Of a stretch of DNA of 64,000 bases, positions 13,452-23,871 are shown piece by piece. Numbering within the stretch: the stretch's first letter is position 1; every line of letters starts with the position of its first letter. Origin of the DNA: Eledone cirrhosa (Eukaryota); assembly GCA_964016885.1 (NCBI GenBank), contig OZ024743.1, positions 153,884,001 through 153,948,000 on the forward strand, read 5' to 3'. A program made the translations under genes and the position numbers. The notes below the pieces were generated by a model, which saw only the letters and a program-made list of their open reading frames with translations, ran no database searches and had not been told where the DNA came from.

Positions 13452-13800
13452 GGCAGTAAGATACATATAGGGGCTACTTCTAAAAGAAGATACTATGTCC
13501 ACTACCATTCTTTCCGATAAAAAAAAAGAACTTAGAAACTCAGCATCATTAGCAGAACATATATGGCACCCAAGAGAGACTAATATTAAATAATAATAAA
13601 AAAATGCAATAAATTAAAGGTAGCCTGTTCCTACAAACCAGGAAAAAAAATGTATTTTGTATCTTGCTTAGTGTTTATATATCTTAAAATTTCAACAGAA
13701 CATTGTCAACACAAAATCTGGAATTCTTTCTACCTGCCCACATAAAGGCTTTCAATCTTTCTACTATACCAATTTTTAAAAAACTCATCTATTTAAACTT
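13452..13800 (+). mobile_element. Penelope-like GIY-YIG endonuclease remnant, continuing 11440-11860
   Basis: YIGATSKRRYYVHYHSF, SASLAEHIWH, SYKPGKK, VNTKSGILSTCPHK, frameshifted. Confidence 0.72.
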
Positions 13801-14085
13801 TTACTAGTATTCAAATGATAACACAAAAAATCTAATAACAAAAGTAATTTAATAACAACAAGGATTTTACTAATTAAAATAAACAAGAGTAGTGCTTAAG
13901 CACTTCTATCGATACTTTAGATAAACATAAGTGTAAGCTTGATTGTAAATATGTACATTTATACTTATATGTAAATCTCTTTTTATGTGCTTAGTTATGC
14001 TTTTTGCATGTGTATGTGTATGAATGGATTTTGATGAGTTATTTTATGCTTCTCTTATTTAAATTTCCCCATGTATGTGTTCATC

Positions 14086-14122
<37 letters not shown>

Positions 14123-14126
<4 letters not shown>

Positions 14127-14474
14127 TCATCATCATCATCATCATCATCATTTTACGTCCACTTTTCCTTGATTGCAAGGGTGGGACGGGAACTGATTCT
14201 GCCTTGATTTCTACAGCTGGATGCCTTTCCTAACACCTACCTCATTTACAATGCGTGTTGGGTGCTTTTTTTTTCCGTGGCGCCTACACGTCCAATTTGC
14301 AGAGGAAGGATAGGGACCCCAGTCCTATCATCTCATTTCTACACCTGAGTAAACTGGAGCAATGTGAAATAAAGTGTCTTGCTCAAGGAAACAACACATC
14401 ACCCGGTCTGAGAATTGAACTCACAACCTTTCGATTGTAAGGCCAATGCTCTAACCACTAAGCCACATGCCTCC

Positions 14475-14476
<2 letters not shown>
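14123..14476 (-). mobile_element. tRNA-derived SINE (family B) with RTE-derived 3' tail
   Basis: Head TGGCTTAGTGG...GAGTTCAATTC; body CCTTGAGCAAGACAC; tail CCCACCCTTGCAA..GGAAAAG.GGAC.TAAAA(TGA)n matches the RTE 3' end at ~19540-19590. Confidence 0.88.
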
Positions 14477-14525
<49 letters not shown>

Positions 14526-14619
14526 GATATAATTAGTGGCCGTACTCGAAAACGAGTTGGCAGCCAACATGCATGCATGCATGTATGTATGTATGTATGT
14601 ATGTATGCATGTATGTATC

Positions 14620-15049
14620 CGGGAGAGATGATCCCTTAGCCTTCGTAAAGGCAGAATTCTAGGAGAAGGAAAACTCTGATATAACACCTGCAACTCTGAT
14701 GGTATCCAATGATGTTGACTTGTTCTTCTTTTTGGTAAATATCATCTTGGTTAAGAGAGTGGGACTGGCTTTGTGCAGTGCCTTTGCTCACTATAAAAGC
14801 TTCACGGCACAGGCACTGCTTTATATCTGGAGATCTCTCTGCACTTGTCGTCACATGGTACCATGGGCCCTGCACTATGCGTCAATAATTGTCACAAGTG
14901 TAGTGTTTGTACCAGAGTTTTCAAGTCGGTAGCTGGACTAAAAAGTCACACTCGTTCAGCGCATCGGTAGGAGTTCTCCTACATGGATATAAAGTAGTCG
15001 CCGTACTCGAAAACGAGTTGGCAGCCACTATGTATGTATGTATGTATAC

Positions 15050-15050
<1 letters not shown>
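14620..15050 (+). mobile_element. Bipartite non-autonomous RTE-derived element
   Basis: RTE 5'UTR-type motif CTAGGAGAAGGAAAACTCTGA, C2H2-coding 3' part, hairpin CTCG-AAAA-CGAG, (ATGT)n tail. An extra tail-only copy lies at ~14530-14615. Confidence 0.75.
14863..14970 (+). CDS. 35-aa micro-ORF with one C2H2 zinc finger (probably the C-terminus of the parent RTE ORF)
   Basis: MGPALCVNNCHKCSVCTRVFKSVAGLKSHTRSAHR*: C-x2-C-x12-H-x4-H. Expression unknown. Confidence 0.35.
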   Translation: MGPALCVNNCHKCSVCTRVFKSVAGLKSHTRSAHR

Positions 15051-15517
<467 letters not shown>

Positions 15518-15811
15518 ATTTATACTCGGAATTTTTCCTAGAGTGCTTAACATTATTTGTGACTAATCCCGGTTTTTGTTTTTTTAAAACCGCGATAATA
15601 TTGCTTTATGCTGAACTCCATAGCTTTTGTTGATTTCTTTCGGAATGTTTTGACTGCTGTTTCTTGTAAACAGTCATTCGTCTCATTCTGACGTCACTAG
15701 CCCTGTTATCCATGTGTTTATGATCTTAATTCCACACGAGGTGTATCTAGACTGCTTTTAAATATCCCTTTTGGCATAGTTTAGCTGTAGTTCTTAGTTA
15801 TCGTGTTCAGC

Positions 15812-15888
15812 TCTACTGATGAACGGCTCCAACCGTGACTAACCCAACTGGAAAGTTTCGTGAAATAGTCTTTTTAAGACTATATAGA
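15812..15888 (+). ncRNA. Type I hammerhead ribozyme motif, intact core
   Basis: Stem I TCTA/TAGA; CTGATGA (15816-22); stem II ACG/CGT with long loop; GAAA (15862-65); stem III TAGTC/GACTA; AUA cleavage triplet ending at 15884. Confidence 0.72.
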
Positions 15889-16136
15889 ACATTTGTAGAT
15901 TTTTCCAAATTGAAGGGTAAGTATTTACGCTTAATTTTATTCTGAGTTAAGACTCTATTGGTTTTTTCTCTGGATTACACAAAATCTATGGATAAAATTT
16001 CTGTCTTGTCTTTTTTTGAATTGAGATTGAATTATTTTCCCATATCTTACGTTAAATATTTTCCATCTTGATGTAATAGTCACTTATACGTATGAATTAC
16101 TGTTGGCTTCTTGCTCACATTAATTTCTCTATTTTC

Positions 16137-16138
<2 letters not shown>

Positions 16139-16230
<92 letters not shown>
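16139..16230. repeat. (TA)n microsatellite
   Basis: Direct reading. Confidence 0.97.
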
Positions 16231-16235
<5 letters not shown>

Positions 16236-16265
16236 GAACGCCTATATACACAAACAATTTTTATT

Positions 16266-16312
16266 CGCTGACAATGTTTCATCCATATAGTGGGGCAGGA
16301 ATCATCAGAGCG
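16266..16312 (-). ncRNA. Minimal type I hammerhead motif
   Basis: Reverse complement: CGCT-CTGATGA-TTCC..GGAT-GAAAC ATT GTC-AGCG. Confidence 0.68.
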
Positions 16313-17013
16313 TTATAAGCAAAAATATAGTGTTGAATATAAGCTCTACCAAGCTTAGTCACCAGAACAGTAGAGATACAGTACAGGATAATATGAGAAA
16401 GATGGAAAGAATTCGTAAGGGGGTTGTTAGTCAAGATTATAGCAAAATATGAGAATACAAGCCGTTAAAAACAATTAAAGATAATATTGACTATTGTGAT
16501 GTTCGTAGGGCCTGTGATTTACCCTATGACCCCCATAGTTAGGGCAGATACGACCTATGACTCTACGTCATGTGAAATTAATTTGCCTTACCTGCCCCCT
16601 ATGGTGCATAGTGCATGTATCATTTAATTTCTTCTGTGGTCATTCACTTTCCTCTGTTTCTCGTTTGATACTCTATGAACTCTAAGTCATGGAAAACTAA
16701 CTCACCTATCTTCTATAGTGACCAGTGCATACCTTCTTTTGTTACTTTTGTGTGCCTTCACATGCCTCAATACCTTTTTCTCTCTTTTTAAATTATCTTT
16801 AATTGCTTTTGTGTACCTTCACATGCCTCAGTTTCTTGTGAGAAAATCTGCTTGTATTCTCATATTTTGCTATAATGTTGACTAACAACCCCCTTACACA
16901 TTCTCTCCATCCTTCTCATCTCCAATCACCCTTTTATTATCATGTACTGTATCTCTACTGTTCTGTTGACTAAGCTTGGTAGAGCTTATATTCAACACTA
17001 TATTTTTTTATAA

Positions 17014-17060
17014 CGCTCTGATGATCCCCGCCCCATGCTATGGATGAAAAATTGTCAGCG
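17014..17060 (+). ncRNA. Minimal type I hammerhead motif, slightly degenerate
   Basis: CGCT-CTGATGA-TCC..GGAT-GAAAA ATT GTC-AGCG; the stem III C is changed to A relative to the left arm. Confidence 0.58.
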
Positions 17061-17366
17061 ACTAAAAATTGTTTGAGTATATAGGCGTTCTTTCATTTCT
17101 TTTATCTATAACGGCTCTGTTATTTTACATTGAGCTAATACGATACTATTACAAATACGACACTGTACAGGTGTGTTTATGCACATATGCTCCGTTGTCT
17201 ACGTAAATTATATATATATATGAAATAGCGATGTATACATGAATGTATATATAGTATATTTGGCAATATACTGTATGCTTAATTAAAAACATCTTGAAGA
17301 CCTTGCGCTATTATTTTAAAGTAGTGACTATGTCATTTACTTCTTTTTTCAACAAACAAAGGGAGA

Positions 17367-17412
17367 TAAGCTGACAGATCTGTGTCATACTGTTCGTAAT
17401 CATCAGAGCTTA
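17367..17412 (-). ncRNA. Variant hammerhead motif (GACA in place of GAAA)
   Basis: Exact reverse complement of 17696-17741. Confidence 0.55.
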
Positions 17413-17695
17413 GCACTCGCCTTTGCCTGTTGAAAATTAAGGATGTTGGATTCTTATAGAATTCCAGTAATAATCAGGAACTGATTATACAGAGCGATTG
17501 CCGGGCCAGCAAAACATGAAAATTAGAATTGGTGCTCTGAAATAGCGATGTATACATGAATGTTTATATAGTATATTTGGCAATATACTGTATGCTTGAC
17601 AGGCAACTGCTCTGTATAATCAGTAATTCCAGTAATAATACTGGAATTCTATAAGAATCCAACATCTATAATTGTCAACAGGCAAAGGCGAGTGC

Positions 17696-17741
17696 TAAGC
17701 TCTGATGATTACGAACAGTATGACACAGATCTGTCAGCTTA
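17696..17741 (+). ncRNA. Variant hammerhead motif (GACA in place of GAAA)
   Basis: TAAGCT-CTGATGA-TTAC GAACA GTAT-GACA-CAGATCTG-TC-AGCTTA: 6-bp stem I, palindromic stem III ACAGATCTGT. Confidence 0.55.
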
Positions 17742-17866
17742 TCTCCCTTTGTTTGTTAAAAAAAGAAGTAAGTGACATAGTCACTACTTTAAAATAATAG
17801 CGCAAGGTCTTCAAAATGTTTTTAATTAAGCATACAGAATATTGCCAAATATACTATATATACATT

Positions 17867-17898
<32 letters not shown>

Positions 17899-18049
17899 CA
17901 TTTAAAAAAATATGTTTATATCTAGATTCATATGCTTATTTCAATAATATATAAGGGATAATAGGTGTATGAATAAGTTATGTGGATATGTTTATATGCT
18001 ATTCTGTATATTTAAAAGTATTTTTTAGTCAATCAAACTATATATGGCA

Positions 18050-19592
18050 GAGTCATACCAAAAGGCTGATGTCGCAGTATTCTTATAAATTGCTACAAAG
18101 TTAAAAGGGATGCTCTAGAGAGGAACAATTATAGGGGCATAAAACTGATGAATCAGGTTATGAAAGTGACAGAAAGCATGCTAGCACAGCTAATTAGAAA
18201 AAGGGTCTAATTAGATGAGATGCAGTTTGGTTTTGTGCCTGGAAAAAGTACAACAGATGCCCTCTTCTTAGTGAGACAACTACATAAGAGGTTCTTTGAG
18301 AAGAATAAGCCACTATACTTAGCTTTTGTTAACCTTGAGAAGGACTTTGATAGAATACCCCAATGTGTTATCTGGTGGTCCCTAAGGAAACTAGGTTTAG
18401 AAAAATGGCTTGTGAGGACACTGCAAGCTATATATAGAGGTGCTGTTAGTAAAGTGAGAGTAGGAATGGAGTTTAGTGCGGAATTCCAGATACAAGTAAA
18501 AGTGCATCAGGGTTTGATCCTCATCCCACTCTTATTCATATTAGTTCTCCAAGCCATAACAGAGGAGTTTAAGACTGGCTACCCATGGGAACTTCTCTAT
18601 GCTGACGATCTGCTACTTATAGCAGAATCAGTAGAGGAGCTAGAGAACAAATTCTGGCTATGGAGACAGCAGTTGGAATCAAGAGGACTGAGAGTGAACC
18701 TAGCAAAAACTAAACTGTTGATAAGTAGGAAAGAGGATAAAACTCTGATTCCATCAGGGACATGGCCATGCTTGATGTAGAAAGGGAGTTGGCATAAATT
18801 CTATATAATGTAGACAATGCAGATATTGGGTACACAAGAGGTGTAGTGGGTTAGCAGGCAAATTAACAGGTAGGGAATACTACATACGCAGTAGATGTTC
18901 ATGGAAATCTGATAGTAGAAGTGGCAGTGATATACACATTTTTCAAATGCAGGCGGGATCTATAGAGCTCGTTCATAGCTTTCGATACCTAGGTGATCAG
19001 ATTAGCATGGGAGGAGGGTGCTCCGAGGTCATAGTATCTAGAATAAGGATGGGTTGGAAGAAGTTTAGGGAGCTGCTTCCTCTGTTGACAAAGAAGGGTG
19101 TCTCCCTACAAATGCAAGGCCAGTTATATGTTGCCTGTGTGAGATGTGCGATGCTGCCTCGTAGTGAGACATGGGCTGCAACAGCGTAGGATATGCGACA
19201 GCTGTAGAGAAATGAAGCAAGCATGCTCCATTAGATATGCAATGCCAATGTGAGTGAATGACCAAGCATAGTCGAGTTGAGAGAGAAACTGTGTATAAGA
19301 GGGATAAACTGTTGTGTGTGGGAGAGAAGACTGCGCTGGTATGGATATGTGGTGCATATGGATGATGACCGCTGGGTAAAGAAGTGCCAAGAAATCCCAG
19401 CGGAAGGAAGATAAGTAGAGGAAGACCACGAAAATCATGGGTGGAGGTGGTGAGAGCTGACTTCAGGTTGCTGAAGCTCACAGAGGAGACGACCAAGGAC
19501 CGGGACGAATGGAGAGATGCTGTGCTGAAAAGGACCCATCCCAACCTTGTAAGCAGGGAAAAGCAGACCTAAAATGATGATGATGATGATGA
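18050..19592 (+). mobile_element. 5'-truncated RTE LINE (RT domain to 3' end)
   Basis: QFGFVPGKSTTDA, AFVNLEKDFD, YADDL, FRYLG, RGRPRKSW; (TGA)n tail. Confidence 0.93.
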
Positions 19593-20136
19593 TCTTCTCT
19601 TAACTCTTATTTACATGATATAAGCATGGAGCTTCCACTTCTCGCTGAAACTGGCAAATAAATTCTATAAGACTGTGTTCCTACTCTTCTTTGAGAATTG
19701 ATTTTATAGTGCTACTTTTGATATATACATTCATACATATACAAACACACACATACACACATACACACACATATATATATATATACATACATATATAATT
19801 AAAAATTCAATAAGACCAAGAATTAGTATTATTATTATTTATTTCTACATCTACGGTCGTTTCAACATAGCTAGAGTATCGCATCAAATGTAGTGAAAAA
19901 CAGATATTACTAGTAAAGTTACTTCATTACCGGTGCTATACTCGAAACCGTATCTCTCCAGGAAATATAATAAAAAGTAACAATAAATTGATTAATATCA
20001 TATGACAAACTATCAAGAATAATATAGGCTTCAAAGTAATGTGCCTTCAAAAGGATGGAATTTATTAATGCAAAAGAATAAGGTTATGTATATTTTTAGA
20101 CATGCAAAAATAAACAATTATCAGTGTTTTCCACAG

Positions 20137-20205
20137 ATATGTTACAAATATGTTAAAGCTGTTAATTGGTTACAGCAAGAGTTGTTAGAAAGGATATGTC
20201 AATGA
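20137..20205 (+). CDS. Candidate terminal coding exon of an unidentified host gene
   Basis: Acceptor TGTTTTCCACAG| followed by ICYKYVKAVNWLQQELLERICQ*, an AT-rich tract and AATAAA at 20552. No homology recognised. Confidence 0.22.
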   Translation: MCYKYVKAVNWLQQELLERICQ

Positions 20206-20784
20206 AATGAAATTGCAGTGCTTATTATTTTTTATAACCTTTTATCGTAGAAAGATTTGAAAATGGTTAGAAGATATTTCATTAGTTAAATAACTCATGC
20301 AAATGTGAAATAAGATAGAATTAATGCAGTAATATTTTTTCCAGAGATATATATTCCTGAAAGCATATGCAGATATTTGCCTATTATTTTTGTAATCATG
20401 TTTCAAAGAAAACACTACATAATAGGTGCAATTCATTTTAAATATTTTTTATATGTATAAATTCCGAAGAACATTATTAACCAGTATTTGTTCATTTATG
20501 ATTTCTTATTTAAATATTTTAACGGTTTAATTAAGTATTTTACTACATATCAATAAATTGTTTATATTTATTACTTTTAAAGAAAATATTTACAAAAAAC
20601 AAGGGTTTGTTATGATTTAGTACATAATTAATTTAAAACTAGACTAAAGCGTGATAAAAGATAGTGGACAATTAAGCAGAGAATGCACATTCAAAAGGAA
20701 ACTACTTTCATTAAAAAATAGTTTTTGATCCCTTACAAATATTTCGGATGAACTGTGACATCGACTCATTCACATGTTCTTTAA

Positions 20785-21040
20785 TTATTATTATTATTAT
20801 TACAGTTGCATTTATGTTGCTTTATGTTCATACGAGTTATCACCAAGTCACAACCAGTGACCTCAAGAGACAACAAGGTCCGCCATGTTCAAGAAAGAAC
20901 ATACATACTCACACATGCATCTTTAATGTTTAGACTAGTGATGTACATATATTGACAGAATCTTCCTTAGTATATGGGCAGTTCCCATTAGTACTATCTT
21001 TTGTATTTCTTATTATTTCTTCTTCTTCTTCTTCTTCTTC

Positions 21041-21078
<38 letters not shown>

Positions 21079-21600
21079 TTTTTTTTAATTATTATTATTA
21101 CATTTGCATTTATCTTGCTTTATGTTCATACGAGTTATCACCAAGTCACAACCAGTGACCTCAAGAGACAACAAGGTCCGCCTTGTTCAAGAAAGAACAT
21201 ACATACACACACATGCATCTTTAGGTATTTAGAATCTTCTTTAGTATATGGGCAGTTGCCATTAGTAACATCTTTTGTATTTCTCCTATACGCGGGTTTC
21301 CTGGGATTTGCGATAAGTAACCATTAGACCTCTTAGATATCATTTGTAGCGCGCCTACAACCACTGGTATTGTTTTAGTTCTCAATTTCCACATTTTTCC
21401 AATCTCTATCTCCAGTTCTTTATACCTGCTCAATTTTTCAAATGTTTTTATAGATACATTCTTGTCTATTGGAACAGACATATCAATTAGCAGGCATACC
21501 CTCATTTTAAAGTCCTTCAGTATTATATCAGGTACATTTGCATCTACCTTTCCGTTTGTTTGGATGCGAAAGTTACACAAGATTGAGATGTGATCTTTAT
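20785..21600 (-). mobile_element. Two tandem R4/Dong LINE 3' ends
   Basis: ORF 21221-21580 has PDIIL..CLLIDMSVP.D..EKLSRYKEL..IPVVVGAL (RLE). The 3'UTR is duplicated at ~20805-20925 and ~21100-21222, each abutting (TTA)n. Confidence 0.88.
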
Positions 21601-21840
21601 TATTATTATTATTATTATTATTGGCGACCTACGTAGTAAATCGTATTATCGTGAGCTCCGCAAAGGTTTGTTATTTTCAGTTGTTTAAAATTGCCATTAT
21701 TGGAAAGTTTTTATTGTTAACTGTATACAAGTGCACATACATTGTTTTCTGAAAAGGACACTCAAAAAGATTGCGGCTTTGAGCCCAAAATTTAAACTTT
21801 TAAAGTTATCAAACAAAAACAAAAATTTCTTTGAAAAATC

Positions 21841-23837
21841 ATGGCTGACTCACAGCTGAACCCAGTAGCTGAGAGCCTTCCTCACAAACTAACACCTCAC
21901 ACCGACACCACCATTGTAAATAATACTACGTTTGCCAACACTAAAAATATAAGCAGTAGCAATATTTTTAATTTGTCTCAACAAGACATTCATTTCCCGC
22001 CATTACCAATGACAGCAGGTGTGAAGCCGCCACGCCCACCACCACCACAGCGACAACAGAAACAAAAGAAAAAGATAAATTATCTCGTGATATCGAAACG
22101 AATTCAGCCAAAATGAACTCTTCCACACCGAACACCACTGACGCTACCACCACCACGACTGAAACTAAAATTAACAATAACCAAAATAACGATACAAACA
22201 ACAGCAACAATGAAATTAAGAAAACAACCCTGTCTTTTGCCAGAGTTGCAATAAAGTGCGAAGCATTCCAGGTAACTCAGGAGGAATTAGAAGAAGCCAA
22301 AAACATGGTAAAGAAAGATGAGTACAGGGTCACCCCACCCCCACACCCACACATAATAAAATGGAGCATCGGCGCCTATGCACCGTGTCTTATCGGACGA
22401 TTAACATAAAATCGCGCCGAGTGGAACGGGCATCCGAGTCCCAAATCCAAACAGCTTTGGGACATATGTGGCCAAAAAACCCACATCAGACGTGGGGAGA
22501 AATATGGAAACGTGGACGTGTTCTTTGAAACACCACAGGAGGCCAGAGAACACTCCATGGCCCCATTAAAAAGTGACGACTTCACACTCGTCCCAAGCTA
22601 TTGTGGCCAGAGACTCGTGAAGATCAGGGTGACCCACGTTCCACAAAAGATAATCGAAATAGCGAACGAAAAGCAGGAGAACTGGTCCGGATCTGGGATA
22701 GAGCTCCTGATCCAAGCGGAACAAAAAAGCATTGAGGAGATCCCAGAGGTAATATACCTCACTGACGGCAGCCACCTCACCGTAATCGTCGAGGGCAGAA
22801 GGCCTAGGTGTGTTATTTGTGGTGAAGGAACCCACCTAATGGCTTTCTGCCCTCAGGCTAAAAGGTTGAGGCCACCTCTCCTACCCACCACAGTGACTTA
22901 ACCATCAACACCACCAGCAGCAGAAATGGCAGCAACAACTGTAGCAGCAACAACAGAAGCAACTGTAACAGCAACAACCCCAGCAACAGTAGCAAAACCA
23001 ACACCACCACCACCACCCAACGCGCCGGAACTAGCACCAGCGCCTACACCATCCACCACGCCACAACCGAAAGCGACGCCTGTGGAGGATTTTCCACTCC
23101 CCGACCTATCGCAACTGGAGACAGATTGTGACGACGAGGAGTGGGAATCAGAAAAAAAGAAAAAAAGAAAAAAAGAAAAAAAGAAAAAAAAGAAAAAAAG
23201 AAAAAAAGAAAAAAAGAAAAACAGAAAAAAAGAAAAAAAGAAAAAAAAGAAAAAAAGAAAAAAAGAAAAAAAGAAAAAAGAAACCAAAAAAGAAAAAAAT
23301 CCCCTTTCTTCCCCCTCCAAAAACAAAATACAGAGGGAAACAAATAAACTATCAAGCAAAAAAGTTAGGACATATATGCCACCATCCACACCAGCATCAC
23401 CAACCCCATCACCACAAACACCAATACGATCACCATCATTAACCCCAACACCACTATCACCAACACCACAAAAGTCACGAAAAAGCGAAACAGAAACAAA
23501 CCCACAACAAACGCAAACAAAACAAAACAACCAAAACGATACACCCTACACAGCAATACATTTGAACAACTACCAATTATTACACTACATCCAACACAAC
23601 ACCAGCATCAAAGAAAAAGATTACACAACAACCCAAAAGTTCACACCACCTCCACACATACAAATCACTCGCATCATACAGAACCCGTACACGACACTAA
23701 GACAAAAATTCCCCCAAAACATCGGAGACTTCCGACAAGCACTCTCCAGGAGGATTTATAAGGACATCCTTCCGGAGGAGGCCGGAAGCAGTGAAACGGA
23801 TGGAGTAACCATCCTTCCTCTACGAGAAGTAAGGTAA
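21841..23837 (+). pseudogene. Tx1 ORF1 (gag-like), frameshifted
   Basis: LSFA motif, VEGRRPRCVICGEGTHLMAFCP (CX2CX4HX4C), Pro/Thr-rich and Lys-rich tracts; split across several ORFs. Confidence 0.8.
23150..23298 (+). repeat. (A6-8G)n purine repeat expansion inside ORF1
   Basis: Direct reading; encodes a K/E/R run. Confidence 0.93.
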
Positions 23838-23871
23838 GTGGTCTTTCCCATCTTTTCCACTCCATTTCAAC

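Larger units (their letters stand above)
16233..17093. mobile_element. Foldback element 1: ~230-bp inverted arms (16233-16462 and 16850-17093), Penelope pLTR-like
   Basis: Arms are reverse complements (AAAGAACGCCTATATAC / GTATATAGGCGTTCTTT; GAGAATACAAGC / GCTTGTATTCTC). Each carries a hammerhead motif. Confidence 0.85.
17221..17868. mobile_element. Foldback element 2: near-identical ~230-bp inverted arms (17240-17469 and 17639-17868)
   Basis: Arms are near-perfect reverse complements. The spacer holds a direct repeat of 17221-17280 at 17538-17597 and a small inverted repeat. Flanked by TA runs. Confidence 0.88.

Noticed and set aside
19845-19893. Minus-strand hammerhead-like motif CTACATT-TGATGC..GAAAC GACC GTA-GATGTAG
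   Set aside because: Two core defects and a weak stem II; possibly a fossil but not supportable.
21623-21705. HDV-like ribozyme at the Tx1 5' end (GGCGA..TTGCC pairing in both copies)
   Set aside because: Could not build P2, P3, P1.1 or the J4/2 catalytic C.
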